A stretch of 64,000 bases of DNA from Alphaproteobacteria bacterium (GCA_017960645.1 JAGCYU010000027.1:42692-106691); one strand, 5' to 3'; positions 1-11,273 are shown, counted from the stretch's first letter. The notes: generated by a model not told the origin, from the sequence alone. Numbers and translations are program-made.

Positions 1-96
1 GCCCGTCAAAGAAACCATGCACAACAAAAACAACAGAATATAATCTGTCTTTTTTAATTTTTTAAAACGTGCAACTGTTCGATTAACGAATCGCAT

Positions 97-969
97 TTAT
101 TCCCCCGTATTTAACAATGCATCCACAAACTCTGTCGCTGAAAAAGGTTGTAAATCTTCCACACCTTCTCCAACACCAATTGCATAAATTGGCAAATGAA
201 ATTGATTAGCTAAGGCAAATAATACACCACCTTTAGCTGTCCCGTCCAGTTTTGTCAAAACCAAACCGGATACACCACATTGTTCTTTAAAAATTTGCAC
301 TTGAGAAAGCGCATTTTGCCCCACAGTTGCATCCAAAACTAACAATGTAGCATGTGGAGCAGAAGCATCCAATTTTTGTATCACACGAATAATCTTTTTT
401 AACTCATCCATTAAATCTGTTCGATTTTGTAAACGCCCTGCCGTATCAACAAACAAAATATCTATCCCTTTGTCTTGGGCATCTTTTAACGAATCGTACA
501 CCAATCCGGCAGCATCAGCGTTTTCCTTGCCAGCATAAACAGGCATTCCAACCTTTTGTCCCCATACCTGTAATTGCTCTACGGCGCCGGCACGAAAAGT
601 ATCAGCCGCCACACAGGCAACACTTTTTCCTTGTGTTTTATAAAAATGAGCCAATTTGGCAATTGTTGTTGTTTTGCCAGCCCCATTCACCCCGATCATT
701 AAAACAACAAACGGGTGATAATTTGAAATTTCCAAAGGCTTGGCAACAGGTTCCAATCTGGCAACTAGCTCTTCATGCAAATATTGTCTCATTTCTTTGT
801 CATCCACAGGATGTTTCGCCTGCACCACTTTCAAAATTTCGTTGGTCACTTGAAAACCCATATCGGTACGAATCAACGCTTCCTCTAAATCCTCAGAATC
901 CACAGACTTAAGGTTTAAAACAACCGCAGTCTTTTTCATACCCGCCTTTAATTTATCCAACCAACGCAT
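97..969 (-). CDS. ftsY: Signal recognition particle receptor FtsY (SRP GTPase)
   Basis: GVNGAGKTTT P-loop, DTAGR and TKLDG SRP-GTPase motifs. The ORF extends to 1044, but the M at 969 (MRWLDKLKAGMKKT) matches the usual FtsY N-terminus and sits just past the mtaB stop. Confidence 0.9.
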   Translation of the reverse strand: MRWLDKLKAGMKKTAVVLNLKSVDSEDLEEALIRTDMGFQVTNEILKVVQAKHPVDDKEMRQYLHEELVARLEPVAKPLEISNYHPFVVLMIGVNGAGKTTTIAKLAHFYKTQGKSVACVAADTFRAGAVEQLQVWGQKVGMPVYAGKENADAAGLVYDSLKDAQDKGIDILFVDTAGRLQNRTDLMDELKKIIRVIQKLDASAPHATLLVLDATVGQNALSQVQIFKEQCGVSGLVLTKLDGTAKGGVLFALANQFHLPIYAIGVGEGVEDLQPFSATEFVDALLNTGE

Positions 970-2146
970 CGTTTTGAACTCCTTTAATTTTAATATCCAC
1001 AATTTCACCTTCCACACAATCGGATGGCAATATAACACGCACATAATTATCCGTCATACCACTGCCATTTCCTTCTGTCAGCACAGGCACAACTTTTCCC
1101 ACCATGCTTTTTAATAATTTTTCATACAATTCCTGTCCCAACTTTCGTAATTTAGCCGCCCGTTCTTTACGAATTTTAATAGGTACTTGAGGCATCTGGA
1201 CCGCCGGTGTCCCAGGCCGCTCTGAATACGGAAAAACATGCAAATGCGTAATATTTGCTGTTTTCACTAATTGCAATGTAGAATTGAATTGTTCTTCCGA
1301 TTCGGTTGGAAAGCCCGTAATAAAATCTGCTCCAAAGGTTGCCAAAGGACATATTTGACGCATTTTTTGAATCCAATTCATAACGCTTTCATACGTATGA
1401 CGACGCCCCATCCGTTTTAAAATCATATTGTCGCCGGACTGGATTGATAAATGAAAATAGGGCATGATTTGCGAATACTTTTTGACAAGTTGAATAAAAT
1501 CATCATCCAACGCCCCCGGATCAAGTGAGCCCAAACGCAAACGTTGAATATCTGGAACTGCCTGCAACAAACGATCCAATAACGGGACAAGACCGCCTGG
1601 ATAAGAGGCAACATCTGCACCGGTCAACACCAACTCTTTATAGCCATTTTGAACAAACACCTTTGCCTGTTCAATAAGTTGCGATTCGGGAATGCCTTTA
1701 TTGTGGCCTCTGGCAAAACGCACGATACAAAAGGTACAAGCATGATCACACCCTTGTTGAATTTGCAAAAAGGCTTTACTTTTGCCTTCAAAATCCATTA
1801 CCAAAGGAATTGAAATGTCCCGATCAATTTCACCGACAACACATTTATCCGAATGGCGCAAGGTATCTTTACTTAACTTTTCTAAATTACCGATAACCCT
1901 ATCTACTTCGGGCATAGTCTCAAAAACTTCGGGATGCAATTGGGCAGCACAACCTGTGACCACAATTTCTGCCTCTGGATAATCCCGTCTAGCCTTGCGA
2001 ATAGCTTGACGGCATTGGCGCTCTGCTTCGGCCGTTACTGCACACGTGTTTAAAATAACCATGTCTTTATGTGTGCCTTGAATCAATCGCGCTATCACAG
2101 CCGATTCAAAAGCATTCATCCGACACCCAAATGTAATTATTTTCAT
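953..2146 (-). CDS. mtaB: Radical-SAM methylthiotransferase, MtaB-like (MiaB/RimO family)
   Basis: MTTase N-terminal domain (MKIITFGCRMN), CTFCIVRFARG radical-SAM Cys triad, C-terminal TRAM-like domain. mtaB next to ftsY is the common alphaproteobacterial arrangement. Start taken at the internal M (ORF extends to 2194). Confidence 0.75.
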   Translation of the reverse strand: MKIITFGCRMNAFESAVIARLIQGTHKDMVILNTCAVTAEAERQCRQAIRKARRDYPEAEIVVTGCAAQLHPEVFETMPEVDRVIGNLEKLSKDTLRHSDKCVVGEIDRDISIPLVMDFEGKSKAFLQIQQGCDHACTFCIVRFARGHNKGIPESQLIEQAKVFVQNGYKELVLTGADVASYPGGLVPLLDRLLQAVPDIQRLRLGSLDPGALDDDFIQLVKKYSQIMPYFHLSIQSGDNMILKRMGRRHTYESVMNWIQKMRQICPLATFGADFITGFPTESEEQFNSTLQLVKTANITHLHVFPYSERPGTPAVQMPQVPIKIRKERAAKLRKLGQELYEKLLKSMVGKVVPVLTEGNGSGMTDNYVRVILPSDCVEGEIVDIKIKGVQNDALVG

Positions 2147-2242
2147 GAGCTGTATTGTACCCGAAAAAAGAAAAAAAATCAAATAATAGCGCACAGCTTC
2201 TACCCTATATTTTTATTATCTAAAAATAAAACATAAAAGCTA

Positions 2243-2926
2243 CTAGATGCTGTCTCTTGGACCGTAGAGGGCATATTTTTGATGCTGATACATCGCCCAC
2301 ATCCTGTCGCCATAACAAAAATGCCACCATTCATTGGGATAATTTTGCATCCCGACAGCGTGTAAGACAGACTTTAAAATTTTGCGATTATTCCGAGATG
2401 GCTCAGAAATTTCCTTGGATGCTGTTGGTGTTTTGGAACACATTTCCAAATATTTTGTGCCCATATCCAGTTCATTTCCCAACTCGTCACACAAAGTAAT
2501 ATCTATAGCGCCACCTGTTTGATGTCCGCTCCCAGCATTATTCCCCGGTTTAGCACAAATCGCTTTTGTCATGCGTTCCCAATCTGTTGCCGAAGCCCGA
2601 GGATAAGACGTTTTCATCTGTTGATAATGAAAATCATATAACTCTTGCTGTTCCTTCATAGACCGATAGGCAGATAAGATTTTAAAATGCAATCCCGACG
2701 GCAACAGCGTTTGAGCTTGTTTCAACCTTTCTGCAACCCCCGACCTGATTAAAACAGGACGATGACCAAAGGACTTATCAAAAAATAAACCAGGAACTTG
2801 CCGCAAATCCACCAACTCATCTCCATTCTCCCGAATCGGCTTTTTGTTAATCAAAGCACCCGGGATTGTTGTACGCATTTTCAACAGGTACAACACATAG
2901 CGGATATAGGCTTTTATCATCTTCAT
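2243..2926 (-). CDS. ddpX: VanX/DdpX-family Zn-dependent D-Ala-D-Ala dipeptidase (peptidase M15D)
   Basis: [10 protein letters not shown] Zn-binding motif and EWWH catalytic motif typical of VanX/DdpX. ~200-aa core. Start codon overlaps the acrB stop (ATGA at 2923-2926). Confidence 0.75.
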   Translation of the reverse strand: MKMIKAYIRYVLYLLKMRTTIPGALINKKPIRENGDELVDLRQVPGLFFDKSFGHRPVLIRSGVAERLKQAQTLLPSGLHFKILSAYRSMKEQQELYDFHYQQMKTSYPRASATDWERMTKAICAKPGNNAGSGHQTGGAIDITLCDELGNELDMGTKYLEMCSKTPTASKEISEPSRNNRKILKSVLHAVGMQNYPNEWWHFCYGDRMWAMYQHQKYALYGPRDSI

Positions 2927-5900
2927 GTATTATCTTTATCCTTGTGCCAAAAGAATTCTATCAATTCTTGGAAGAAAACATACAACAATGGCACAAAGAA
3001 AATACCAATAAATGAAGCAGCTGCCAATCCTCCAAAGATGGACGAACCAATGGCACGTCTGGCCAACGCACCAGCGCCTGCCGCCGTCAACAAAGGCACA
3101 AATCCCATCAAGGATGAAAACGCTGTCATCATAATCGCACGGAAGCGCATGTATGCACCGTTTTTAGCCGCCTCACGCACAGGAATGCCTTTGGCATGTT
3201 GATCTTTGGAAAATTCCACCAACAAAATAGCATTCTTAGCCGCCAAAGCAATTAACACAATGATACCTGCTTGCGCATATAAGTCATCTGTAATGGAACG
3301 GATCCAAAGCAAACCAATGGCGCCAAACAAACCAATAACAATCGAGAACATAACCGGCAAAGGAATCATCCAGCTTTCATACAGCGCCACCAAGAATAAG
3401 TAAGCGAAAATAAATGCCATCGCAAAAATTAACATTGTTTGCCCTCCGGCAATTTGTTCTTGATAGCTCATACCAGTCCAAGAATACTTGTACCCTTGCG
3501 GCAAGGTTTTAGAAACGTCATCCATTGCCTGCATGGCCGACCCGGAACCATACCCTGGCTTTGGAGAACCTTGAATCTTAACGGCGCGATAGTTGTTATA
3601 TCTTTGAATCGTTTGCGCACCCACCGTTTTTTTCACCGTCACTAAAGACCTGAGCGGCACCATTTCGCCTTTATTATTTCTGAGGTTAATATTAAAGACG
3701 TCATCCAATACCCGACGATCCGCCACATCCCCTTGAACATTCACTTTCCACGTACGACCATACAGGTTAAAGTCATTGACATACGTGCCCCCTAACATCG
3801 TCTGCATCGTCGAAAAGATATCTGAAATTTGCACACCCAAAGCCAATGCTTTTTTTCTGTCCACCTCTAATTGAACACGTAACGAATCAGCTGTGTACAT
3901 CGTGAACACGCGCTCTAATCTGGGATCCTTTTTCGCCTCACCCATAATTTGATATGCAACACCCAACATTTCTTCAGGGCTCGCACCTTCCGTACTTTGC
4001 AACATATATTCGAAATCAGAACTTACGGAAATTCCCATAATAGCCGGCATGTTAAACGGAATAATCATAGCTTCTTTGATATCTGCTGTCATCATAGCTA
4101 CTTTGCGAATAATTGCATTCACTTCCTGATCCGGTTTTGTACGCTCAGAATACGGTTTTAATTTAACAACGCCAAACGCATTATTAGCCGAAATGCCCCC
4201 TGTCATCATGCCATATCCGACCACCGTCATAAAGGCATCTACTTCGGGAATTTGCTTAATACGTTCACGCACTTTTTTAACAACTTCGTTTGTTCTGTTC
4301 CAACTGGCTCCGGCAGGCAATTGTATTTCCATCATAAATGCACCTTGATCCTCGGCCGGTAAAAAGCCAGATGGCGTTGCCTTGAATAAGAAATAAGTCA
4401 AAACACCAAACAAAGCGATAACCAACAACACCCCTTTGGATAGCGGAATAATTTTTCCAACCGTTGAAGCATATATGTTACGCATCCAATCAATTCCCGA
4501 CATCAACTTTTGCACCGGCCACCAAGGCTGTTGATTCGGACGCATAATTAACGTACAAATAGCCGGACTTAACGTTAATGAATTTAATCCGGAAATCACC
4601 ATAGCGCTCGCAATTGCAATGGCAAACTGTTTATATAAAATACCCGAAATACCAGGGGTAAAAGCAACAGGCACAAACACCGCCAACAACACCATAGTAA
4701 TCGCAATAATCGGCGCCGTAATTCTGTCCATAGATTTTTTAACGGCATCGGCAGGAGGTAGCTCGGGATTTTCTGACATCACCGTTTCAACGTCTTCCAC
4801 CACCACAATAGCGTCATCCACCACAATACCGATAGCCAACACTAATGCCAACAACGAAATCGTATTGGCCGTAATGCCAAACAAACTCATCCCAATAAAA
4901 GCGCCAATCAAAGAAACCGGAATAGCCAATGTCGGAATCAAAGTAGCCCGCAACGTTCCCAAAAAGATATATGTAATTAATACAATCAAAATAAATGCTT
5001 CAATGATAGTACGGAAAATTTCTCTTAAAGAATCTTCAACAAATGCGGCACTATCAAACAATGTTTCCATTTGCATACCATCCGGCATACGTTTTTGCAA
5101 TTCCTTGACCTTTTTACGCAAAGCCTTGGCCACATCCACAGCATTGGACCCCGGGGATTGGAAAATAGCCATACCGGCACTTGGTTTGTCATTATAAAAG
5201 CCTTCCAAAGAATAAGATTCAGAACCCAACTCTATGCGCGCAATATCTTTTAATAACAAATAAGATCCGTCCGTATTCGCGCGAATAACAATATCTCCAA
5301 ACTCTTCCGGCGTTGATAAACGTCCTTGGGTTGTTAATGCAAATTGGAACTCTTGATCATCAGTTGATGGCATCACACCAATGCGTCCTAAAGGAGCCTG
5401 AATATTTTGACTACGAATCGCGGCAAGCACATCGCTTGTAGATAACTTCAAACTTTTTAGCTTATCATTATTCAGCCATACGCGCATACTGTATTGTAAA
5501 CGCGAAAATACAAACACATCACCAACACCCGTTGTGCGCGCCAATTCATCTTTAACATTTAACAATGCATAGTTTGTTAAATAGGCAGCATTATGCTCTG
5601 GATTGCTGGAAGTCAAAGCTAACACTTGTAACATAGAGGACATACGCGCTTGCACAATCACACCTTGCCGTTGCACTTCTTCCGGCAACAACGCTTCAAC
5701 TTGCTTAACACGGTTTTGCACATTCACCGCATTCATATTAGAATCTGTTCCAATATTAAAAGTCACAGTTAAGTTATATGAACCGTCATCCGAGCTGGTC
5801 GAGCTCATATAAATCATGTTTTCCACACCATTAACGGCCGATTCGATCTGTTGAGCAACAGTTGCCTCCACCACATCAGCACTTGCCCCTGGATAGGTTG

Positions 5901-6042
5901 CTTGCACAACAACAGACGGCGGCGTAATGTTTGGATATTGTTCAACCGGAATAGCTGATAAAATCAATAAACCAGCCATCACAATAACAATGGACAAAAC
6001 TGATGCTAATCTGGGGCGTTTAATAAAAGAATCTGCAATCAT
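2923..6042 (-). CDS. acrB: RND multidrug efflux permease, HAE1 family (AcrB-like)
   Basis: 1039 aa with 12-TM RND architecture and two large periplasmic loops. Typical AcrB/MexB sequence throughout. Confidence 0.92.
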   Translation of the reverse strand: MIADSFIKRPRLASVLSIVIVMAGLLILSAIPVEQYPNITPPSVVVQATYPGASADVVEATVAQQIESAVNGVENMIYMSSTSSDDGSYNLTVTFNIGTDSNMNAVNVQNRVKQVEALLPEEVQRQGVIVQARMSSMLQVLALTSSNPEHNAAYLTNYALLNVKDELARTTGVGDVFVFSRLQYSMRVWLNNDKLKSLKLSTSDVLAAIRSQNIQAPLGRIGVMPSTDDQEFQFALTTQGRLSTPEEFGDIVIRANTDGSYLLLKDIARIELGSESYSLEGFYNDKPSAGMAIFQSPGSNAVDVAKALRKKVKELQKRMPDGMQMETLFDSAAFVEDSLREIFRTIIEAFILIVLITYIFLGTLRATLIPTLAIPVSLIGAFIGMSLFGITANTISLLALVLAIGIVVDDAIVVVEDVETVMSENPELPPADAVKKSMDRITAPIIAITMVLLAVFVPVAFTPGISGILYKQFAIAIASAMVISGLNSLTLSPAICTLIMRPNQQPWWPVQKLMSGIDWMRNIYASTVGKIIPLSKGVLLVIALFGVLTYFLFKATPSGFLPAEDQGAFMMEIQLPAGASWNRTNEVVKKVRERIKQIPEVDAFMTVVGYGMMTGGISANNAFGVVKLKPYSERTKPDQEVNAIIRKVAMMTADIKEAMIIPFNMPAIMGISVSSDFEYMLQSTEGASPEEMLGVAYQIMGEAKKDPRLERVFTMYTADSLRVQLEVDRKKALALGVQISDIFSTMQTMLGGTYVNDFNLYGRTWKVNVQGDVADRRVLDDVFNINLRNNKGEMVPLRSLVTVKKTVGAQTIQRYNNYRAVKIQGSPKPGYGSGSAMQAMDDVSKTLPQGYKYSWTGMSYQEQIAGGQTMLIFAMAFIFAYLFLVALYESWMIPLPVMFSIVIGLFGAIGLLWIRSITDDLYAQAGIIVLIALAAKNAILLVEFSKDQHAKGIPVREAAKNGAYMRFRAIMMTAFSSLMGFVPLLTAAGAGALARRAIGSSIFGGLAAASFIGIFFVPLLYVFFQELIEFFWHKDKDNT

Positions 6043-6052
6043 AAAGCCTCTC

Positions 6053-7189
6053 TTATTCTTGTTTCATATTCAAATAACGAACTTCAACAGGCATGCCCTC
6101 AGCAATTTTTTGGAATCCATCGACAACAACTGTCTCCCCAACTTTTAAACCTGATAAAACTTCCACTTTAAAATCATCCAACTCAGCCCCAGTTTGAATC
6201 TGGCGTTTTTCAATTTTATGTTCATCATTGACAACTAAAACATACTCATTGCCTGGCGTACGTTGTACAGCACGTTGAGGAATAATCAAAACGTCTGTTG
6301 GCGACTTAGCCTGCAACACGACTCGCCCATATTGACCAGAAATCAACTTATACTGCGGATTGGGAAAAGAAGCTTTCATTTTTAATGTATTCATTGCTTC
6401 ATCTAATGTTGTATCCATAAAGATCAACGTACCAACTTCGGGATATTCTTTCTGATCTGCCGTTATAAAATGAACTTCCGTATTTTCTGCATCCTTAAAT
6501 TGTTGACGCAAAAGCAACAACTGGTTTTCACTAACCGCAAATACTGCCTCCATAGGATTGACTGTTACAATCTTTGCCAAAACTCCAGAGCTTGGCCCAA
6601 TCAATTCCCCAACCGAAAAGGCTGCTTCACCTATTCTGCCATCCATCGGAGCCGTGATAATTGTATATTCCAAATCCTGTTCGGCCAAATCTAATCTGGC
6701 CTTGGCTTGAGCAACATGTGCTTTTGCCGAATCGCTCGCTGCTTCGGCATCATCTAATTTTGCTTTTGAAATATCCTTGGTTTTGTATAATTTCTGCGCA
6801 CGTTCATATGATTGAAGAGCATTTTTTTCTGTTGCAACAGCACTATCATAATTCGCACGAGCTTCACGAACAGCGGCTTCAAAATTGACACGCTCTATTA
6901 CAAATAACTGTTGTCCTTTTTTGACGAAATCACCTTCTTGGAACAACCGTTCTTGCAAAAAGCCGGTGACGCGAGCTCTTAACCCAACTGTATCTTTACT
7001 TTCAATTTTCGCAACAAAACTCGCTTTTGGAATAATAGCTTCCGCCTCAACCCGAATAGCATCCACAACCGTCTGCATTGTCTGTGCAACAGGTTTAGAT
7101 TGCATTTTTTTCCAACTATAGTATCCTCCCACAATTACTAAAATGATTAAAACACAAATAACCAGTTTTTTTATCAAACTCCGAACCAT
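6053..7189 (-). CDS. acrA: RND efflux periplasmic adaptor (membrane fusion protein, AcrA-like)
   Basis: N-terminal membrane anchor, coiled-coil hairpin, lipoyl and beta-barrel MFP domains. Lies immediately upstream of acrB on the same strand. Confidence 0.88.
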   Translation of the reverse strand: MVRSLIKKLVICVLIILVIVGGYYSWKKMQSKPVAQTMQTVVDAIRVEAEAIIPKASFVAKIESKDTVGLRARVTGFLQERLFQEGDFVKKGQQLFVIERVNFEAAVREARANYDSAVATEKNALQSYERAQKLYKTKDISKAKLDDAEAASDSAKAHVAQAKARLDLAEQDLEYTIITAPMDGRIGEAAFSVGELIGPSSGVLAKIVTVNPMEAVFAVSENQLLLLRQQFKDAENTEVHFITADQKEYPEVGTLIFMDTTLDEAMNTLKMKASFPNPQYKLISGQYGRVVLQAKSPTDVLIIPQRAVQRTPGNEYVLVVNDEHKIEKRQIQTGAELDDFKVEVLSGLKVGETVVVDGFQKIAEGMPVEVRYLNMKQE

Positions 7190-7314
7190 TGTTATCCCTT
7201 TCCTTTGTAATTTATGGAGTATATTTTAACACTTTTTTCGAAAAGTGCTAGTATTTTTTTAAAAAAATGTGTTATACTCTTTATAAGTTTGATAAAACAC
7301 GTAGGGAGATGTTT

Positions 7315-8319
7315 ATGCAAAAAAAACAACGATTAGTATGTCCAGAGAAAAAAACTCTTGCAAAAAAAGCAAGCATCAAAAAGGCCATTACACCACAAAA
7401 AACGCCCAAGAAACAAACACCTTACACTCGTGTTTTTGTTGCAGGCGGTTCTCGTTCGGGGTTAAATCCCGTTTACAAACAACAAGCCTTTGAACTGGGA
7501 AAAGAAATTTGCCGTCAAAATTACCAGCTTACTTTTGGTTTATCTTCTCGGGGCATCATGGGTGCCGTTGCAAAAGGCGTCATGAGCGAATGGGTTAAAA
7601 AAGAAAAACGGATCCCCGTGCCTATTCAAGGAATCACAACAGCTCACTATAAAAAACTGTATCCTTCCGACAATGTGGATGGTGTAAAGGATATTATCAT
7701 TTCTAATACATTAGAACAACGTAAAGCCAATCTGTTAAATTCAGATTTTATCGTATTTGTTCCTGGTGGGGTTGGCACATTAGACGAACTAAGCTATAAT
7801 TGCATTGCTATTCAAGATGGATTTTTGGACCTAAAACCTTTTGTATTGTTTAATATAGATGGATTTTTTCACCATTTATTGGAATATTTAAAGGATATTC
7901 ACTTGAAAGGCTTTTCGGATTTTATCCCATTCATTGTAGCAGACAATATCTTTGAAACGCGCATCGCTTTTGAAATGATTGCACATTATTGTGGCAAGAA
8001 AAAACAAAGCAAGCACCAAATAGTTAATGCTGTCAACAAAATCGTTTATGATTTTCCTTATGTCATTGAACAACAAAAACAGCATCCGGAAATATCTATT
8101 GCTACCTTGTTAAAAAATAAGGATGCTATTTTACGGGGTTCACAAACTAAAGCAAAACAAAAATTAGAAAAAGAAATTGAAACAGCTTATTTAAACAAAG
8201 AAATTGCGCGCATGTATGACAGGCTGGCAAAGGCTGGTCGCGACACTGCACTGGTCAGCCACAAACTTGACCAATTAAAAGCCCGTGAAGAAATGGGGAG
8301 GAACAATGGATTTTATTAA
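7315..8319 (+). CDS. LOG-family (TIGR00730) Rossmann-fold nucleotide-binding protein with long C-terminal extension
   Basis: GIMGAVAKG and PGGVGTLDELSY LOG motifs. AGGGAG RBS 6 nt upstream of the ATG at 7315. Has a ~150-aa Lys-rich coiled-coil C-terminal tail. Confidence 0.7.
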   Translation: MQKKQRLVCPEKKTLAKKASIKKAITPQKTPKKQTPYTRVFVAGGSRSGLNPVYKQQAFELGKEICRQNYQLTFGLSSRGIMGAVAKGVMSEWVKKEKRIPVPIQGITTAHYKKLYPSDNVDGVKDIIISNTLEQRKANLLNSDFIVFVPGGVGTLDELSYNCIAIQDGFLDLKPFVLFNIDGFFHHLLEYLKDIHLKGFSDFIPFIVADNIFETRIAFEMIAHYCGKKKQSKHQIVNAVNKIVYDFPYVIEQQKQHPEISIATLLKNKDAILRGSQTKAKQKLEKEIETAYLNKEIARMYDRLAKAGRDTALVSHKLDQLKAREEMGRNNGFY

Positions 8320-10078
8320 TGCACCCATTTTAATCTTCGGCATTTTATTAACCGTCAGTATCTTGACAAGCTTGATTTCGTCCAGAGTGGGCATTCCGTT
8401 GATCTTAATATTTTTGTGTATCGGACTTGCCCTAGGCGCCGGTCAAATTGAATTGTTGCGTTCGTTACAAAATCCACGCATCATCTTTTTTGTCGGGTCT
8501 TTAGCGCTTGCCATGATTTTATTTGACAGCGGTTTTCACACCCCAAACAAAAACTATCGCGAGGCGGCCAAACCATCGCTGATTTTATCGACACTGGGTG
8601 TGGCTTTAACCTCATGCATTTTGGCACCATTCGTCAAATTCATGCTGGAAATTGATTGGTTACAGGCCTTTTTACTTGTCTCTATCATCAGCTCAACAGA
8701 CTCTGCTGCTGTTTTCTTTTTATTGCGATCCAAAGGACTTTCTTTGCGGGAAAAAGTAAAATCTACACTTGAAATTGAATCGGGAACAAATGACCCTATG
8801 GCCATTTTTTTAACATTAGCTTTTGCTTCTTTAATTCGTCAACAAACACTTGGCGATTCAATTTCCTATGCCTTTGTCATTCCAACATTTTTCCAACAAG
8901 CTTTAATCGGAGCAGGTGCGGGCTTTATCTTAGCGGAATTGATTCGCTTCTTAGTCAATCGCTTTAAATTGGAAACAGCCCTGTATCCCATTTTTGTTTT
9001 AGGGTTAGGCCTGTTTGGTTTTGCTGTCTCCAACATGTTGGGCGGTAGCGGCTTTTTAACCGTTTATATCGCAGGTTTTTTGGTCGGCAACAGTCGCATT
9101 CAAGCCTACACTCAAATATCTAAATTCCAACAAACAATCACGTGGCTCAGCCAAATCAGTATGTTCACTGTTTTAGGTTTATTTGTCAGCTTTTCGGCAC
9201 TGACATCGGTTTGGTTGCCCGCATTTGCCATTTCTGTTGTTTTAATGTTTGTTGCGCGACCAGCCATGGTATTTTTCTTACTGGCGCCATTTCGCCAATA
9301 TTCGGCATCCGAAAAATTATTCATTTCCTTTGTGGGATTACGCGGAGCAACCTCGGTTTTATTAGCCCTTATCCCCATAGTTTTTGGACTACCACTAGCC
9401 ACAGAATATTTTAATATTATCTTTGTTATGGTGATGATCAGCTTGGCGATTCAAGGCTTTGCCATTCCTATGTTGGCACGATGGTGCGGCGTCACTTTGC
9501 CCTTGATGCAAAAGGATCCCGTCAAAACTGAAATTGATTTACCGGGATTGACAGACAGTTCCTTGATCATGTACGAATTAACAGACAATACACCTGTTGT
9601 ATTGGGCGAACCTATCCCGCAATGGGCGCGACCAACACTGATTATTCGCAACGGCGTTTCCTATCCATCCGGCGCCAGATTAAAAGCATTAAAGGCTGGC
9701 GACAAGATTTATGTTTTTGTCTCTTCGGAATTGCAACGCCCTATTTTAGATCATTTATTTGGCGGCGGCGTTGTAGGGGTTAAGGAACCATTAAGTGATT
9801 TTCCAATAGCGCCAACAACAACTTTTGGTGAATTAGAATGGATGTATGGTTTGACTGTTGACAAAGGCATACGCGAATATTCTATTTCCCAATTATTTCA
9901 ACAAGAGTTTGCAGACGTTGCCGTGGGTGACAGATTGCGATTGGATACAATTGAATTAGTTGTTCATGGCATAGAAGATGGTTTATTAACGGCAATTGGA
10001 ATAGATATTGACCCGAATGCCAAAAGAAAACATTCCTTCTTATCCCGATTTAAAAGAAAAAAACTAAAGAAAAAATAA
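8306..10078 (+). CDS. nhaP2: K+/H+ antiporter, CPA1 family (NhaP2/CvrA-like) with C-terminal TrkA-C/regulatory domain
   Basis: ~12 TM helices of Na+/H+-exchanger type followed by a soluble C-terminal domain. GGGGAGG RBS before the ATG at 8306. Overlaps the end of the LOG gene by 14 nt. Confidence 0.8.
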   Translation: MDFINAPILIFGILLTVSILTSLISSRVGIPLILIFLCIGLALGAGQIELLRSLQNPRIIFFVGSLALAMILFDSGFHTPNKNYREAAKPSLILSTLGVALTSCILAPFVKFMLEIDWLQAFLLVSIISSTDSAAVFFLLRSKGLSLREKVKSTLEIESGTNDPMAIFLTLAFASLIRQQTLGDSISYAFVIPTFFQQALIGAGAGFILAELIRFLVNRFKLETALYPIFVLGLGLFGFAVSNMLGGSGFLTVYIAGFLVGNSRIQAYTQISKFQQTITWLSQISMFTVLGLFVSFSALTSVWLPAFAISVVLMFVARPAMVFFLLAPFRQYSASEKLFISFVGLRGATSVLLALIPIVFGLPLATEYFNIIFVMVMISLAIQGFAIPMLARWCGVTLPLMQKDPVKTEIDLPGLTDSSLIMYELTDNTPVVLGEPIPQWARPTLIIRNGVSYPSGARLKALKAGDKIYVFVSSELQRPILDHLFGGGVVGVKEPLSDFPIAPTTTFGELEWMYGLTVDKGIREYSISQLFQQEFADVAVGDRLRLDTIELVVHGIEDGLLTAIGIDIDPNAKRKHSFLSRFKRKKLKKK

Positions 10079-10151
10079 AATAGTTGTAGATTTTTATTTT
10101 TTCTTGTATAATGGTAATGTTAGCATATAACTCAAAGGAAAGGATTTTTAA

Positions 10152-11144
10152 ATGAAAAAGTTTTTATTATTTGCTACGTCACTGTGTTTAGCAGCTTCTG
10201 CTATGGCTGCAGAACAAGGTGCAGGGACTATCAAACAAACAACAATTAAGTACAATGTTCCAACATGTGAAAATTGTAAGACAACAACATATGAAGAGAC
10301 TTATCGTTCTGGGAAGCCCAGACCACCAATGGCACGCCCGGCACCATGCGCTACATGTGCTGCGGAAAAGCCTTGTGCTAAGTCTGAGGATGGAACTTGT
10401 GCCAACAAGAATTTAGGTATTGCCAATCCATTGTTCTTTGTAAAACCTGGTCAGGTTTCTTCCGAAACAATCGGTAGCGTTTGGAAAGCGCCAAAAGGTG
10501 CCGAAAAAAATGCGGCTGGTGAAAAAAGCGGTGAATCTCGCGGATACGATGTGGCCGAACGGATTTACTATGGTTTGTATGATCGTTTAGCATTACATTT
10601 GGAAGGCGGTTATGCATTCCAAGCACCTAAAACAAAACAATATAAAGCATGGATGGGAGCTCCTGTTCCGCACTATTCATCCTATAACGGAACTGTTGGT
10701 CTAAATTATCATTTAATTGACAAATGTCCGCTTGATCTAATTGTAGGTTTGGATGGAACATGGGGACGCGCTGTTTATAAACAAGGCGATATCAAGGATG
10801 GTGTGAACTATACACGGATCACCCCAAATGCTCGTTTGGGTGTCCATGTGGGTTATGTCACACCATATTTGGTTGCGTCTTACAGCTTTGCACATTCTCA
10901 TGATAAAGGATTAGCTGAAGACTTTTATCACATAGCTCCTGGTGTGTATATTCAACCAAGCAAATATTTTGCCTTTGATGTAAATGCAGAAAAAATAGAG
11001 CATGAAAAGTGGCAATATAATGCAGGCATTGATGTATATCCATACAAAAATATGGCTGTGGGAATACAATTACATGCAGTAAAGCCTTTTGATCACCCTA
11101 TGTACACTTATGGTGCTGGGGCGCACGTAAAGTTCGTGTTCTAA
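10152..11144 (+). CDS. Putative outer-membrane beta-barrel (porin-like) protein with Cys-rich N-terminal segment
   Basis: Signal peptide MKKFLLFATSLCLAASAMA. Six Cys in CxxC-like pairs within the first ~70 mature residues. Alternating amphipathic beta-strands and a C-terminal aromatic ...KFVF. Confidence 0.6.
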   Translation: MKKFLLFATSLCLAASAMAAEQGAGTIKQTTIKYNVPTCENCKTTTYEETYRSGKPRPPMARPAPCATCAAEKPCAKSEDGTCANKNLGIANPLFFVKPGQVSSETIGSVWKAPKGAEKNAAGEKSGESRGYDVAERIYYGLYDRLALHLEGGYAFQAPKTKQYKAWMGAPVPHYSSYNGTVGLNYHLIDKCPLDLIVGLDGTWGRAVYKQGDIKDGVNYTRITPNARLGVHVGYVTPYLVASYSFAHSHDKGLAEDFYHIAPGVYIQPSKYFAFDVNAEKIEHEKWQYNAGIDVYPYKNMAVGIQLHAVKPFDHPMYTYGAGAHVKFVF

Positions 11145-11165
11145 AATTTAAAAATCCTTTGATAT

Positions 11166-11200
11166 GGCCCGCTGATTATGCGGGTCATATTGTTTTGTGT
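11166..11200 (+). terminator. Rho-independent terminator after the OMP gene
   Basis: Hairpin gCCCGC-tgattat-GCGGGt followed by a T-rich tract (tattgttttgtgtt). Confidence 0.5.
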
Positions 11201-11273
11201 TAAGAGCGAATTATCTTGCACCCGTATTTTGATTGTTGACTAAACTAATTTGGTTGGCTTTTTGTGTAGGCAA

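Noticed and set aside
4619-5197. 192-aa plus-strand ORF, and many similar 60-170-aa ORFs (e.g. 22189-22629 in uvrA, 54467-54979 in ftsZ, 58262-58627 in murC).
   Set aside because: They lie antisense within strongly supported genes and translate to low-complexity sequence. They are shadow ORFs.
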